Shown piece by piece: positions 40,901 to 50,345 of a DNA stretch of 64,000 nucleotides (within the stretch, counting starts at the first letter, position 1; the number at the start of each line of letters is the position of its first letter). Below the pieces are notes generated by a model. It saw only the letters and a program-made list of their open reading frames with translations. It was not told the DNA's origin and did no database searches. The stretch is from assembly GCF_001194135.2 (NCBI RefSeq), contig NC_069003.1, forward strand, positions 19,064,223-19,128,222. The letters run 5' to 3'. Origin of the DNA: Octopus bimaculoides. Its lineage: Eukaryota. The translations under genes were made by a program, and so were the position numbers.

Positions 40901-43191
40901 TACAAAACTGGTGATTCCTGTTAATCGTTACTCAGAGTTTCTTACATGATGTGTTTCTTCAAGTTTAGCATGAATAGCAAAGAAGTGAATCACTACCTTT
41001 GCATAAATATAAATAATAATAGTAGTCGTAGTCGTCGTCGTCCATGGGTGGAATTTTTAAATATTTTAATGCATTGTTCTGCATGTTTCCATAAATCACA
41101 CATTTCTTACAATCGTAGTTTGTATTCATGGGATGGTTATTGTACAGTCCGTAGTGGCCATGGACATCAGGTGGATCATAGTTCATGTATTCATTTACTC
41201 AGATGAACTGAAGGTTGTTCATCCAATTTTCACCAACAAAAAGGCTGATTGGGGTATATGGGCATTTGTGTGTGTATTTGATAGGGAGGAGTGTGTGGTG
41301 ATGTTAGACTTGTTTCATTATTTGTGTATGCAGATGTCAGGGGTGGATAGAATAGTCCATTCGTTTGACTTTAGTCACAGTAGGTGCCTCCTCAGTGAAT
41401 TCAGATGTAGTAGTGTCAGGAAGTGCAGCTATTCTGTGGTTGAAGTTCATCGTCTGAGTTGACAAATGATGTTCTTCTCTTAAAGTGTCCTTTTAATTAA
41501 TTTTGAATAGGGAAATAATGGCATAGAACCAACTGGTCTATAATAAAAAATGCTACACCATTGCACGTGTGCAACTTATGCCTAGAGGAAACCCTGGAGA
41601 TCATAACATCCAGTGAAAACATAATTAGTAGACACTCCAAAGTAATTATATCATGTAAACATAAAAGTAAGGCATCATTTCTAGAATTCAAAAAGAACAT
41701 TTTGAAACAGTAAAACACTAAATATCATTAGCATCTAATGGAACAAGAGAAGAGCATATAAACCAATTAAACAAAATAACCATTATTTCCCTATGCTATA
41801 TGCTATATCATTGTACCACCAAAAGTAATTAAAAAGACACTTTAACCCTTTCATTACTGTATTTATTTTGAGATGTTCTGTGTTTCTTTCAATTATAACA
41901 AAGAATTTAGTAAAATAACTTAGTTATCATTAAGCTAGTGTTAGGAGCATTAATAGTGACTAAGGTTTGGTGGAAGATTTTGATTTAAAACTTATGAGAG
42001 CAAGATATTTGTACTCAGAGCTAGAACCGAATTGGTAACGAAAGGATTAAGGGGAAAACATCATTTGTCAACTCAGACAATGAACTTCAACCACAGAATA
42101 GCTGCACTTCCTGACACTACTACATCTGAATTCACTGAGGAAGCATCTGCTGTGACTAAAGTCAAACAAATGAACTATTCTATCCACCCCTGACATCTGC
42201 ATACACAAATAATCAAACAAGTCTAACATCACCACACACTCCTCCCTACCAAATACACACACAAATGCTCACATACCCCAATCAACCTTTTCATTGGTGA
42301 AAATTGGATGAACAACCTTCAGTTATACATTTGTTGCTTCCAACATTAATGCCATATCACCTAAGGAAATGAATACATGAACTATGATCCACCCAATGTC
42401 CATGGCTACTACAAACTGTACTGTAACCATCCCATGAATACAGACTATGATTGAAAGAAACGTGTGATTTGTGGAAATGTGTAGAGCGATGCATTAAAAT
42501 ATTTATAAGTTCCATCCATGGATTATTATTATTACTATATTTATCCTACATTATATCAGCACAGCTCAATGCAACCCTATGAAACTGAAATTGCAAGTTG
42601 ATAGTCATTAGACTGCAGCTGACATAATAAAATAGCTTTTGTATGCCTACTCAAAAATGTTTTCCATAAACACACAGATGTGTACATTTATTCATATATA
42701 GATATAGATATATGTATATATATATCAATGCATAAAAAATGTGTACAATAATTAAGATTTGGGGAGTGAAATTTTAAAACTCTTTAATATGATTATCATC
42801 ATCATTTAGGATAGTGGATTAAGAGAATCATTGAAGCATTGGAAGGAAATGCTTTCCATTATTAATTTCAGATTTTTATGGTGTGAGAGTAAATCTCAGA
42901 TTTGAGGTCAACTTTACCAATTGGGATTGATAAAATAAGTACCAGTCAAGTGCTAGATATCAGTGGTATCAACTAACACCTTTCCCCTTAAAAAATTGCT
43001 AGCCTTTTGTGCCAAAATTTGAAAACATCATTGTTATTATTTTTCTTTTCTAGTCGGCTTATGATGGAGCCTTCGACACATTCCCACATGACAGCACGAC
43101 AACCCATAAAGAAAGTGAACGTCACCAATTGTTACGAGAAGTCCGTTACTATGGAAATAGAGACACCCGGCCAAATGTATCATTTGCTTAA
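1167..43191 (+). CDS. LRP1: LRP1-like LDL receptor-related protein, 3' part (18 coding exons, 2555 nt, about 850 aa; 5' part lies upstream of the window)
   Basis: All exons below join with GT-AG boundaries and matching phases into one ORF: EGF-cbEGF-YWTD propeller-EGF array-TM-NPxY tail. Several EGFs between the last propeller and the TM match LRP1/LRP1B architecture rather than LRP2 or the vitellogenin receptor. Confidence 0.88.
1706..1916. mobile_element. hAT MITE, same family (another copy at 39542-39779)
   Basis: CAATGGTTCTCAACC...GGTTGAGAAACACTG, internal sequence shared with the 39542 copy, whose flanks ATCCAGAC/GTCTAGAT resemble the NTCTAGAN target. Confidence 0.7.
2705..2836 (+). CDS. 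LRP1: LRP1-like exon B, Ca-binding EGF: [44 protein letters not shown]
   Basis: tttcag|AT...AATG|gtaaga, 132 nt, phase 1-1, D-x-N-E-C and C-x-N-x2-G-G-Y-x-C consensus. Confidence 0.95.
5048..5136 (+). CDS. LRP1: LRP1-like exon C, propeller start: [30 protein letters not shown]
   Basis: ttgtag|GC...ACA|gtcagt, 89 nt, phase 1-0 fits both neighbours. Confidence 0.85.
6429..6680 (+). mobile_element. tRNA-derived SINE family A (other copies ~770-940 -, 11953-12115 +, 19845-20035 -, 45670-45975 -, 50690-50840 -, 62110-62300 +)
   Basis: A-box GGCTGTGTGGTAAG, B-box GGGTT(C/T)AGTCCC, conserved body gggcaagtgtcttctactatagcc...gaaagaagccc, microsatellite tail. Confidence 0.8.
8087..8230 (+). CDS. LRP1: LRP1-like exon D: [48 protein letters not shown]
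   Basis: ttccag|CAC...CAT|gtgagt, 144 nt, phase 0-0, degenerate blade plus KR at the position of the LRP1 processing loop. Confidence 0.88.
9764..9966 (+). CDS. LRP1: LRP1-like exon E, YWTD blades ([14 protein letters not shown]...AIAVDP)
   Basis: tactag|GAT...CAA|gtaagt, 203 nt, phase 0-2, canonical YWTD. Confidence 0.96.
10073..10296 (+). CDS. LRP1: LRP1-like exon F, YWTD blades (IFWTN...[17 protein letters not shown])
   Basis: ttttag|G...CAAG|gtaaaa, 224 nt, phase 2-1, preceded by a 106-nt intron. Confidence 0.96.
11323..11940. other. assembly gap of 618 N (others at 12367-12376 and 43720-43822), adjoining (TA)n
   Basis: N runs. Confidence 1.
13331..13510 (+). CDS. LRP1: LRP1-like exon G, last blade ([12 protein letters not shown]...[10 protein letters not shown])
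   Basis: ttccag|TT...GTTG|gtgagt, 180 nt, phase 1-1, matches the P-x2-I/L-D-V-F-E-x2-I-Y blade pattern. Confidence 0.94.
14882..15077 (+). CDS. LRP1: LRP1-like exon H, post-propeller EGF plus start of next EGF
   Basis: ttttag|TG...TGTAT|gtaagt, 196 nt, phase 1-2. Confidence 0.93.
16841..16951 (+). CDS. LRP1: LRP1-like exon I, EGF: [36 protein letters not shown]
   Basis: ctccag|A...CAG|gtaaca, 111 nt, phase 2-2. Confidence 0.93.
17137..17554. repeat. ~410-bp fold-back element
   Basis: Arms 17142-17319 and 17326-17550, 6-nt loop, ~48-nt bulge in the right arm. Confidence 0.9.
18989..19569 (+). mobile_element. non-autonomous Helitron
   Basis: A|TCTATATAAATAAAATTCTGTCTGTCC 5' end, CTAG|T 3' end, subterminal hairpin, no TSD. 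Confidence 0.65.
20121..20260 (+). CDS. LRP1: LRP1-like exon J, EGF: [29 protein letters not shown]...CRCQEGFT
   Basis: tttcag|T...ACAG|gtaact, 140 nt, phase 2-1. Confidence 0.94.
20365..20587. mobile_element. second TTAA MITE family (TTAACCCTTTAGCATT...AATGCTAAAGGGTTAA); copies at ~2857-3078, 8351-8593, 9270-9460, 18340-18540, 25850-26232 (two), 51234-51440
   Basis: Shared ~220-bp body with CCCTTTAGCATT-type termini bounded by TTAA. Confidence 0.75.
20648..20884 (+). CDS. LRP1: LRP1-like exon K, two atypical EGF-like modules plus start of a third
   Basis: ccttag|GC...AAAG|gtaaaa, 237 nt, phase 1-1, Cys-rich and open. Confidence 0.92.
22697..22813 (+). CDS. LRP1: LRP1-like exon L, EGF: [39 protein letters not shown]
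   Basis: tttcag|CT...ACAG|gtaaga, 117 nt, phase 1-1. Confidence 0.94.
23648..23768 (+). CDS. LRP1: LRP1-like exon M, EGF: [40 protein letters not shown]
   Basis: tgctag|GT...CAA|gtgagc, 121 nt, phase 1-2. Confidence 0.93.
25240..25362 (+). CDS. LRP1: LRP1-like exon N, EGF: [40 protein letters not shown]
   Basis: catcaag|T...CAG|gtaaag, 123 nt, phase 2-2, AAG acceptor after a long pyrimidine tract. Confidence 0.92.
26611..26678 (+). CDS. LRP1: LRP1-like exon O, end of last EGF and juxtamembrane: [22 protein letters not shown]
   Basis: ttacag|T...ACT|gtaagt, 68 nt, phase 2-1. Confidence 0.92.
28334..28427 (+). CDS. LRP1: LRP1-like exon P, transmembrane: [31 protein letters not shown]
   Basis: ttccag|TT...CAC|gtaagt, 94 nt, phase 1-2, about 23 hydrophobic residues followed by RRR stop-transfer. 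Confidence 0.94.
29400..29514 (+). CDS. LRP1: LRP1-like exon Q, cytoplasmic: [39 protein letters not shown]
   Basis: ttacag|G...CAG|gtttgg, 115 nt, phase 2-0. FKHIRI...EINNPLY parallels human LRP1 FQHQRM...EIGNPTY (recalled). Confidence 0.93.
31283..31432. repeat. ~150-bp AT-rich palindrome
   Basis: ggagtaaatattcaaatgaatatc / gatattcatttgaatatttacttcc outer arms, agcagtaaattta / taaatttactgct inner arms. Confidence 0.88.
32550..32585 (+). CDS. candidate 36-nt cassette exon ([11 protein letters not shown] in phase 2-2; stop-containing in phase 0)
   Basis: ctaat branch point, tctatttccag acceptor, CAG|gtaaac donor. Confidence 0.35.
35064..35280 (+). mobile_element. young tRNA-derived SINE family B nested inside a family A SINE
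   Basis: B-box GAGTTCAAATTCC, CpG-rich body, AGAAAC duplicated at 35058-35063 and 35275-35280. Confidence 0.75.
35813..35950. repeat. 138-bp hairpin with 39-bp perfect stem
   Basis: 35834-35872 is the exact reverse complement of 35891-35929; 18-nt loop; further 21 bp with 3 mismatches. Confidence 0.95.
36230..36470 (-). mobile_element. possible LINE C-terminal zinc-finger remnant
   Basis: [22 protein letters not shown] resembles the C..C...S..GL..H.R.H ends of RTE-like ORF2; no splice context. Confidence 0.35.
36981..37293. mobile_element. hAT (Charlie/Buster-type) MITE
   Basis: TIR CAGCATTTCTCAATC / GGTTGAGAAACACTG, perfect 8-bp TSD CTCTACAT on both sides. Confidence 0.85.
38032..38079 (+). 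promoter_or_regulatory. candidate recursive splice (ratchet) site: branch point, pyrimidine tract, CAG|GTAAGT
   Basis: gtaACTAACtgcatttgtaatcattaaatcttcgtctttCAG|GTAAGT, with no AG between branch point and CAG. Confidence 0.55.
39995..40340 (+). mobile_element. CRE-clade non-LTR retrotransposon remnant (C-terminal restriction-like endonuclease region)
   Basis: [12 protein letters not shown]...[17 protein letters not shown]...PVAVE...[13 protein letters not shown] matches the CRE pattern RPDG...AA..AE..K..KY..L...P.AVE...QR.S.A.QRGNA. Confidence 0.65.
41003..42544. repeat. 1.5-kb inverted duplication (arms about 500 bp, 258-bp spacer)
   Basis: 41003-41521 versus 41780-42544; ORF-track peptides 41133+ and 42262- are near-identical mirror images. 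Confidence 0.92.
41846..42046. mobile_element. piggyBac-type MITE with TTAA TSD (related copies ~24871-25077, ~28950-29150)
   Basis: TTAA-CCCTTTCATTAC...GTAACGAAAGGA-TTAA; empty site present in the paralogous arm at ~41480. Confidence 0.85.
43054..43191 (+). CDS. LRP1: LRP1-like terminal exon: [45 protein letters not shown]
   Basis: ttttcttttctag|TCG, phase 0 matches exon Q. ERHQLL acidic dileucine parallels LRP1 EKRELL. TAA at 43189-43191. Confidence 0.85.
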   Translation, partial: SAYDGAFDTFPHDSTTTHKESERHQLLREVRYYGNRDTRPNVSFA

Positions 43192-43447
43192 AACTATGAT
43201 TTTATTTTTTTGTTTATATATGTTTTCATATCCTTCATCATCTCGCCTCCTCCTCACACCCCTAATTATTACTGTGCAACTGATTATCAAACTTGAGAAA
43301 TGCCTCCAGTTCAACTTGGCATGGTGTGAAGTTACTCACAATCATCAGGATTGAATATTTTAATTGTATTATCAATTTTTTTTTTTTTTTCTTGTGATCA
43401 AAACAATTTTTTGTAATGGATATTTTGCTAGAGGGAAAGAAGAGAAA

Positions 43448-43453
43448 AATAAA
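43448..43453 (+). terminator. candidate polyadenylation signal AATAAA (second one at 43623-43628)
   Basis: Hexamers 260-430 nt after the stop codon. The region is very A-rich, so they could be chance matches. Confidence 0.3.
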
Positions 43454-43822
43454 TCAAACGAAAATGATGGACTCTAAGGAATTTTGTGGAAGCATTTTGG
43501 AAAGTTAGCAATGACAAAAGGAAGAAATGAAGGTTTGAGAAAGAAAGAAAGAATGAGAGAGAGAAAAAAAGGAAGAGAAGGAAAAAAAGAGAAAATCAAT
43601 GTGCTGATTTCCTTCTTTCTAAAATAAAAGATTAAAAAAATAAAAACATTATTATAATAATAATAATCTTTAATTAACCATTAAATAATTTTCAGAGGAA
43701 ACAACAAAAAAGAAGAAAANNNNNNNNNNNNNNNNNNNNNNNNNNNNNNNNNNNNNNNNNNNNNNNNNNNNNNNNNNNNNNNNNNNNNNNNNNNNNNNNN
43801 NNNNNNNNNNNNNNNNNNNNNN

Positions 43823-43854
<32 letters not shown>

Positions 43855-46512
43855 ATATGTATGTATTATATATATTATATATATATATTGTATATGTATG
43901 TATTATATATATTATATATGCATGTGTATTTAAGAAAAAAATACTTACAGGCTAAGATTGCTTGATGGGGAAAAATGCTATCATTTGCAAAGCATTCTAT
44001 GGTGTCACCATGGCTTTTGAACAGTTTGACTGTTTGTATTGTTTTCTTATGTATGTTGACACTCTACATTGAGTACTTGAATCTTTTGTTCAAACTATAT
44101 ATATATGCAGTGAGATGGGGTGTTTTTGTATGTATATACAATTGAGTTGAAGGTAGTGTTTTTATAAAAAAAAAGAAAAGTATAATATTCACTATAAAAA
44201 AGCAAAAGGCCCCAAACAGGAGAAAAGTCTAAGGTCTGAGTAGATGGAAATAGAGAGTCAGTTACTACAGTGTTTCACAATCAATAGCTCGTCAGACAGT
44301 GAAGAGTGAAAGGTAAGACTAAGGGGGAAAATTTATTGACCATGGGGTAGTGAATTAAGAAGGATGATTTTAATAGCTGAAACAGAGAGAAGAATGTAAG
44401 ATTTTAAAATATATAGTCATGCATATATATGAGGGATGATCTAAATTGGTCATGGGCAAACTGGCTCACGGGACCTTCTCAATGACATATCTAATGAAAA
44501 ATTATCCTGATTTTTTATTTTTTATTAGTGCAGCTTGTCTGATGATAAGCTGTCTCATGCAGCCCTTTTCTCAAAAAATGGTTGCCCTTGCCTGATAGAT
44601 ATATAAGGATATATAAATTATATATACATACTAGGAAAAATTTGCATATAAGCATAAATATATACATATATCTATCTAGGTACAAGCATAGTTGTGTAAT
44701 TAAGGAGTTTACTTTGTTTAACTGTTTTTCCATGATAGCATGTGTTGGACAGGGACTAACTTCTGATAGCCTTTTACAGTTGGATGTTGTTCTTGTCATC
44801 GAAGCTATTTTTCAAGGAAGAGCTTGGTTTTCTTTATTTTCACATCATTGGTTTTAGAAAGTGCAGAGCAGTCAGTTGTAATGCAAACATTGTATCACTG
44901 TTTTGCTCAAAGTTTTAAAATGTTAATTCACACACCTATGTATTTGCATGCACACACACACACGCTGTTCTATTCACAAGGCATTGGCCAGTGTGTGTAT
45001 GTAAAGGATAAATACTCCCTTTGGTCACAAATGACTATGGAATTGCATCTAGGCACAAATCAGGGCAAGGTTGTTTGTGGAAGATCAACAGTCACCCATG
45101 CATACCAATACCCTCTGTCATGTTATCAATGTTGTCCAAGGGAAAGGTAAAGACCAATACAGCTTGGCACCTGTGATGTTGCGACTCATTTCTACAGCTG
45201 AGTGAACTGGAGCAATGTGAAATAAAGTGTATTGCTCAAGAACACAACACACAACCCAGTCTAGGAATCGAACTCAGAACCTCATGACCGTAAGCTCAAT
45301 GCTCTAACGTCTGAGTTCTTCACTGGGTTGTGTGTGTAGGAAACAAAATTAATTTGAAAAGATTCAGAGTGATCATTGGCATGAATTTGGATTAGAGAAA
45401 TGAAAAAGGTGGTATACTAGGTACATGATAAATGAGAGTAATTAAACAAATGACTAACAAAAATTGCAGGTGACTCTCTATAAAAGTGGTTGATTAATCA
45501 ATCTCTTGAATTAAGATACCATTATAGAAAATAATACAAGTCTTCCCTGAAGACCAGACAGCTGTAAACATGTTTCTACTTTAGTGAACATCATCTTACC
45601 TGGACTCCCGCTAGACATAAGACAATCATATATACGTGTGTGTGTGTGTTTATGTATATACATATAACAACTCTACTCACACATTTGGTGGTCCAGGGCT
45701 GTACTAAATGACCCTTGTGCTAGAGGACAATGGGACTGAACCCAAAACCACCACTTAGTTGCAAAGCAAAGTTCTTAACCATTCAGCCATGCCTGTGCCT
45801 ATATCAATACACACACACACACACACACAAGTGAATATAAGAACCAGAAGATGGATGTAAAGGAGCCCACACTTCATTCTACGCACAATACTGTATTGTT
45901 TAAACATGCATGAAAAATATACAACAATGTAATATATATGAAGGACTTTAGTAGATAGAAACTGAAAGAACCCCATTATGTATATATATATATATATATA
46001 TATAAAACAACTTTCAGGAACAATAGTGATTTATTGAGGCAGAAGGTTGTGGATATCATCTACTCCATTCCTCAATTCATATTATCTACTCCATTCCTTA
46101 ACTATATGTGTGTGATTGTTAACAATTTACACTATGCTGTAAAAGGTGTTGCTACCATTTGTTGACATTTCTTGTCAGACAAGTCAACTGTTAACTCTGT
46201 GCTTTCAAATTCCAAAAGGATAAAAATAATAAAAGTCCTCATACTTGAAACACAGGTGAAGATTTATGATAGAAAGAGCAGCCAGCTTTAAAAAAAAATC
46301 CCACCCTAAACATCATTGGAAAAACAGGCATTAAACAAATGATAAAAGATATATACTTACTTGTTTCAGTCATTTCACTGTGTTCATGCTGGGGCATCAC
46401 TTCAAAGGCTTTACTTGAAGAAATTAATTCCAGTATTTATTTATATTTTTTTCCTAAAGTCTGGTTCTTATTCTGTTGTACTTGCTTGTCAAGGTGGTGG
46501 TAGGCATGTGTA

Positions 46513-47443
46513 TGAGGCTCAGTTGAAAAGTTCATAGGCTGACCAAGATTCTCTCATGAAATGTGACCGAATGAAGTTTATTTTTCAACATAGTCCCCTT
46601 TGTAGTCTGCACACTTCTTCCATCAGTGTTGCAGTGCTTGGATCCCATTGGTGAAGCGTTCATCCTGTTGGTCAAAAAAGTCATCAACAGCATATATGAT
46701 GTCATCATCACACTGTCACTGGTTCCTAGCCAAGTGTTTTTTTCATGTAGAACAAATGATAGTCAGATGGGGCCAAATCAGGAGAATAGGGACAGTGATC
46801 AACCAGTTCAAAGCCACAGTCACCCACAGCAGCCATTGAAACCAAGAACTTGTGTGCTGGAGCATTGCTCTGATGAAACAAGACCTCTTTCATCAGTTTT
46901 CCTGGGCGTTTGATCTTGATAGTCTCTGATAACTGCCTCAGCAAGTTGGTATAATATTCACCATTGATGGTGTGACTCTTTTGAAGATAGTCAATAAGCA
47001 CAATGCCTTTTGCATCCCAAAACAACTGTGGTCATCCCTTTCCCTGCAGATGAAATGACCTTTGCCTTCTTTGGAGGGGTGTTTCCACTGCATGGGTTGT
47101 CTTTCTGTCTCTGGCTTAAAGTGATGAACCCAGCATTCATTCCAAGTTAGGAAACCAGTTGGATCTACTTCAAGCAATGTCAGATTTTCCAGCAATCATG
47201 TCAGCATGAATGTCGTTGGGGGCTAAACCCTTTTTCTACAGGTACTTCATAATGCTGTGATGGGAAATTTTGTCCATTTTCAAGAAAAGTTACTAGTTAG
47301 CTTTGAAGTCCTTTTTAAACAGTCAGGTGTCAGTTTACCTGGAAAGAAAGAATGCAGTTATTAACAAGCAGTTGAAATTAATGCATGCAAGATTTCACAG
47401 CTTTACCATCACTCCTTCATATGAACTTTTCCACCCACCCACA
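46513..47443 (-). mobile_element. internally deleted, decayed mariner (D34D type)
   Basis: WVHH-F-KPET, MFWDAKG, HQSNAPAH, YSPDLAPSDYHLF motifs; degenerate TIRs sharing AAAAGTTCATA; TA at both ends. Confidence 0.92.
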
Positions 47444-49519
47444 TATATATACAAAGGGCTTCCACACAATTTCCATCTGCTAAATTCACTCTGAAGATAT
47501 TGATTGGTGAGCTCAAGGCTACAGTAGAAAGCAGCACATGCTCAAGGTGTCCTACAGTGAGACTGAACCCAAAGCCACAGTTGCAAAGTGAGCTTCCTCA
47601 CTACACAGCCATACCTCAGCTTTTATATAATAAGGAAGAGAGATGAGCAAAAATATGTAAATACTAATAATTTAGTGAAAATAATTAGTCTCTAAATTAA
47701 ATTTAGAAACTGATTCCTTTTACTTGAATATAGAAAATGATATTTTTTATACATGTGTACACATATATACATGATACCAATTCAAATTAGCTGGCCTTGA
47801 CTCCACCTACGTGAAGTAGTTCCTTATATTTAAAATTCTGGTACCACTTCTTAGTGTAACACAAGACGCATACACATACATGCACACACACGAGTATATA
47901 TATATATATATATAAGGGTAGTATAAACAATATTCAGGCCCTGCAATTAAAATAGACAATAAAGAATTATAATAAAACTACTAACAATAATGAAGGAGTC
48001 AGCAAGTAAGAGTTTAGGGTTTATACAACAGCAGATAAGGAGAAGGATTGATAGAATTTAAAGGTTTGGAAATTGACAGTGAAATAGTCAAAGACAAGAG
48101 ATAGATGTTTTTGATGCTGATATTATACAGAGAAACCAAAGAACTGCTAGATGAGGGAGGTGGGTGGGTGTTATCCTCTACCGCTTAACAACTGGTTTTT
48201 GTTTCTGTCCACTGTAACTCAGCAAGGAAAGAGAGCCTGTTATGAAGGAGAGGATATTGTGTTGAAAAATGGTTAAAGATCAATTGAGTTATGTGGTAAG
48301 AAGCTTGCTTCCCAACCACATGGTTCTGGGTTCAGTGATGCTTTGGACTAGGTAGTGTGTGTGTTGCTTGAAAACTGTATTTATGTCTCCATAATTTAGC
48401 AGTTCAGCAAAAGAGACCAATAGAATAATTACCAGGCTTTAAAAATAAAAGGAAAACAAGTATTAGGATAAATTCATTCAACTAAAATTCCTCAAGGCCG
48501 TGCCCCAGCATGGCCAGTCTAAAGACTGAAACAAGTAAAAGACAGATGTTTCTATGGGTATGTATAAAATAAGGTGTGATTGCTGTTTGGTGGAGAAAAT
48601 GAGAAGATATAAGCTGATAGTGTAGGGTTAGTTTGTTAAGGATGAAAAATAGGAATGGAACTTTTCAGTGAATGTTATTCGTTGTTTTTCCCTTCAAAAA
48701 TATTATCTTCCAATAATTGTGTGTATATATATATACACACACACACACACACATGTTTAGATATAAATATATAAGCATATGTCTGTGTGTATGTATATTT
48801 ATATATACAAATGTACAAGATATGCCAAAGGTAAGCAGAGTTAGCGGTTGTAGTAACTGACTAAGGGATACAGATGTATATATGTAATATATAAATGCTT
48901 GTGCATGTATAATATATGTATGCAATTATATGTAATATGTTTAAGTTTGAATGTATATACATACACACAACACTCAGTCTCACATTTTAAAATCATTCCT
49001 TTCATGGTTATATATATAAAAAAAAGAAAAACTTACAGGGGTGTTGCATATTTTAATTAAGTCTCCATGAACTGCTTAATTGGAACTAGCGTAAAAAAAA
49101 AAAGATATAGATCAGTTTAATATACACCTATAACTCAAATGGTACAGCCTCGTCTCACACACACACACACACACACATACAGAGACTGACACGTCAGTTT
49201 CTTGCTGAGTATTGCATTAAGGGTACATATGTCTGCGGAGTACTCAGCGACTTAGACATTCATTCAATGAGCAGGTAATTCAGTTTATTAAACTGCTGGA
49301 TCCTCATTATTGAACAACTGAGACCCACCACCACAATACTTACATACATACATACGTATATATATATAAAATAACAAGAATTTGCAAGTATAATAGAAAA
49401 AATGTAAATATATATTTTTTAAAATTCACTGACACAAGTGTTTTTTTTCTTTTTGTTTTCATTTTATTTTTTCATTGCTTTGAGTATTTTTGTTGGAGTA
49501 GTTTGTTTTATCTTTTGTA

Positions 49520-50345
49520 TTCTTATTATTAAGACAGCAATCTGGCAGTGTCAAGTGCCACCAAGATCGACTTAGCCTTCCTTTTGGTGTTGGTGATGGT
49601 GGTGGAGTGTCAATAAAATAAAGTGCCAGGGAAGTACTGGGACTGGTGGTATCAACTAACCCCCACCTCTCAAAATTGTTGGCTTTGTGCCTAAATCAGA
49701 AACAATTATTATTATTGATAATAATAAGCAGGGTGGAGAGCTGGCAGAACCATTAACACACCATGCAAAATACTCAGTGGCATTTCATCTGTCTTTATGT
49801 TCTGAGTTCAAATTCTGCCACAGTTGATTTTGTCTTCCATCCTTTTGAGGTTGATAAAATAAATACCAGGCAAGCACTGGAGTTGATGTAATCAACTTAC
49901 CCCATTCCTCGAAATTGCTGGCATTGTGCCAAAATTTGAAACCATTACTACTGTTAATAAAAATGCTGATAATAATTCAGTTATGTGAAGGAGAGAGACT
50001 TCTCTCTCCTTCATTCTGAGATCAAATCCCACCAAGGTCAATTTTGTCTTTCATCTTTTTGGGGTCAATGAAATAAGTGGAATATTGGGGTTGATGTAAT
50101 CGACAAGCCCCCCCTCACCCCAAATTTCAAGCCTAATATTGTTATTAAGGCAGCAAGCTGGCAGTCATTTGAGCCTCAGGTAGAATAACTCACAGTATTT
50201 GTTTGAGCTCTTTACATTCCAAGTTCAAATCTCACCATAGTTACCTTTGTCTTTCATCACTCTGAGGTTGATAAAGTAAAGAACCAATCAAATACTGGGG
50301 TTGATTTAATCCACTAATCCTACTCCCACTTTTACCTAATTCAAA
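49520..50345 (+). mobile_element. second head-to-tail cluster of about 5 SINE family B copies
   Basis: Same unit and ATT-rich junctions. Confidence 0.75.

Noticed and set aside
41133-42262. Two near-identical ORFs on opposite strands
   Set aside because: By-product of the inverted duplication; no recognisable protein
28334-43191. Apparent CpG enrichment of the last three exons as a methylation gradient
   Set aside because: Upstream exons B and D also hold 4-5 CpG each, so the difference is too small to support
43949-44063. Minus-strand open segment SVNIHKKTIQTVKLFKSHGDTIECFANDSIFPHQAILA with a perfect GTAAGT donor
   Set aside because: The acceptor lacks a pyrimidine tract and no phase link to the other exons was established. 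Worth revisiting with RNA data.
47811-47850. Minus-strand SGTRILNIRNYFT, reminiscent of the anoctamin IRxYFG motif
   Set aside because: Gly is missing, the AAG acceptor is weak, and the motif would be far too close to the N-terminus. No anoctamin call made.
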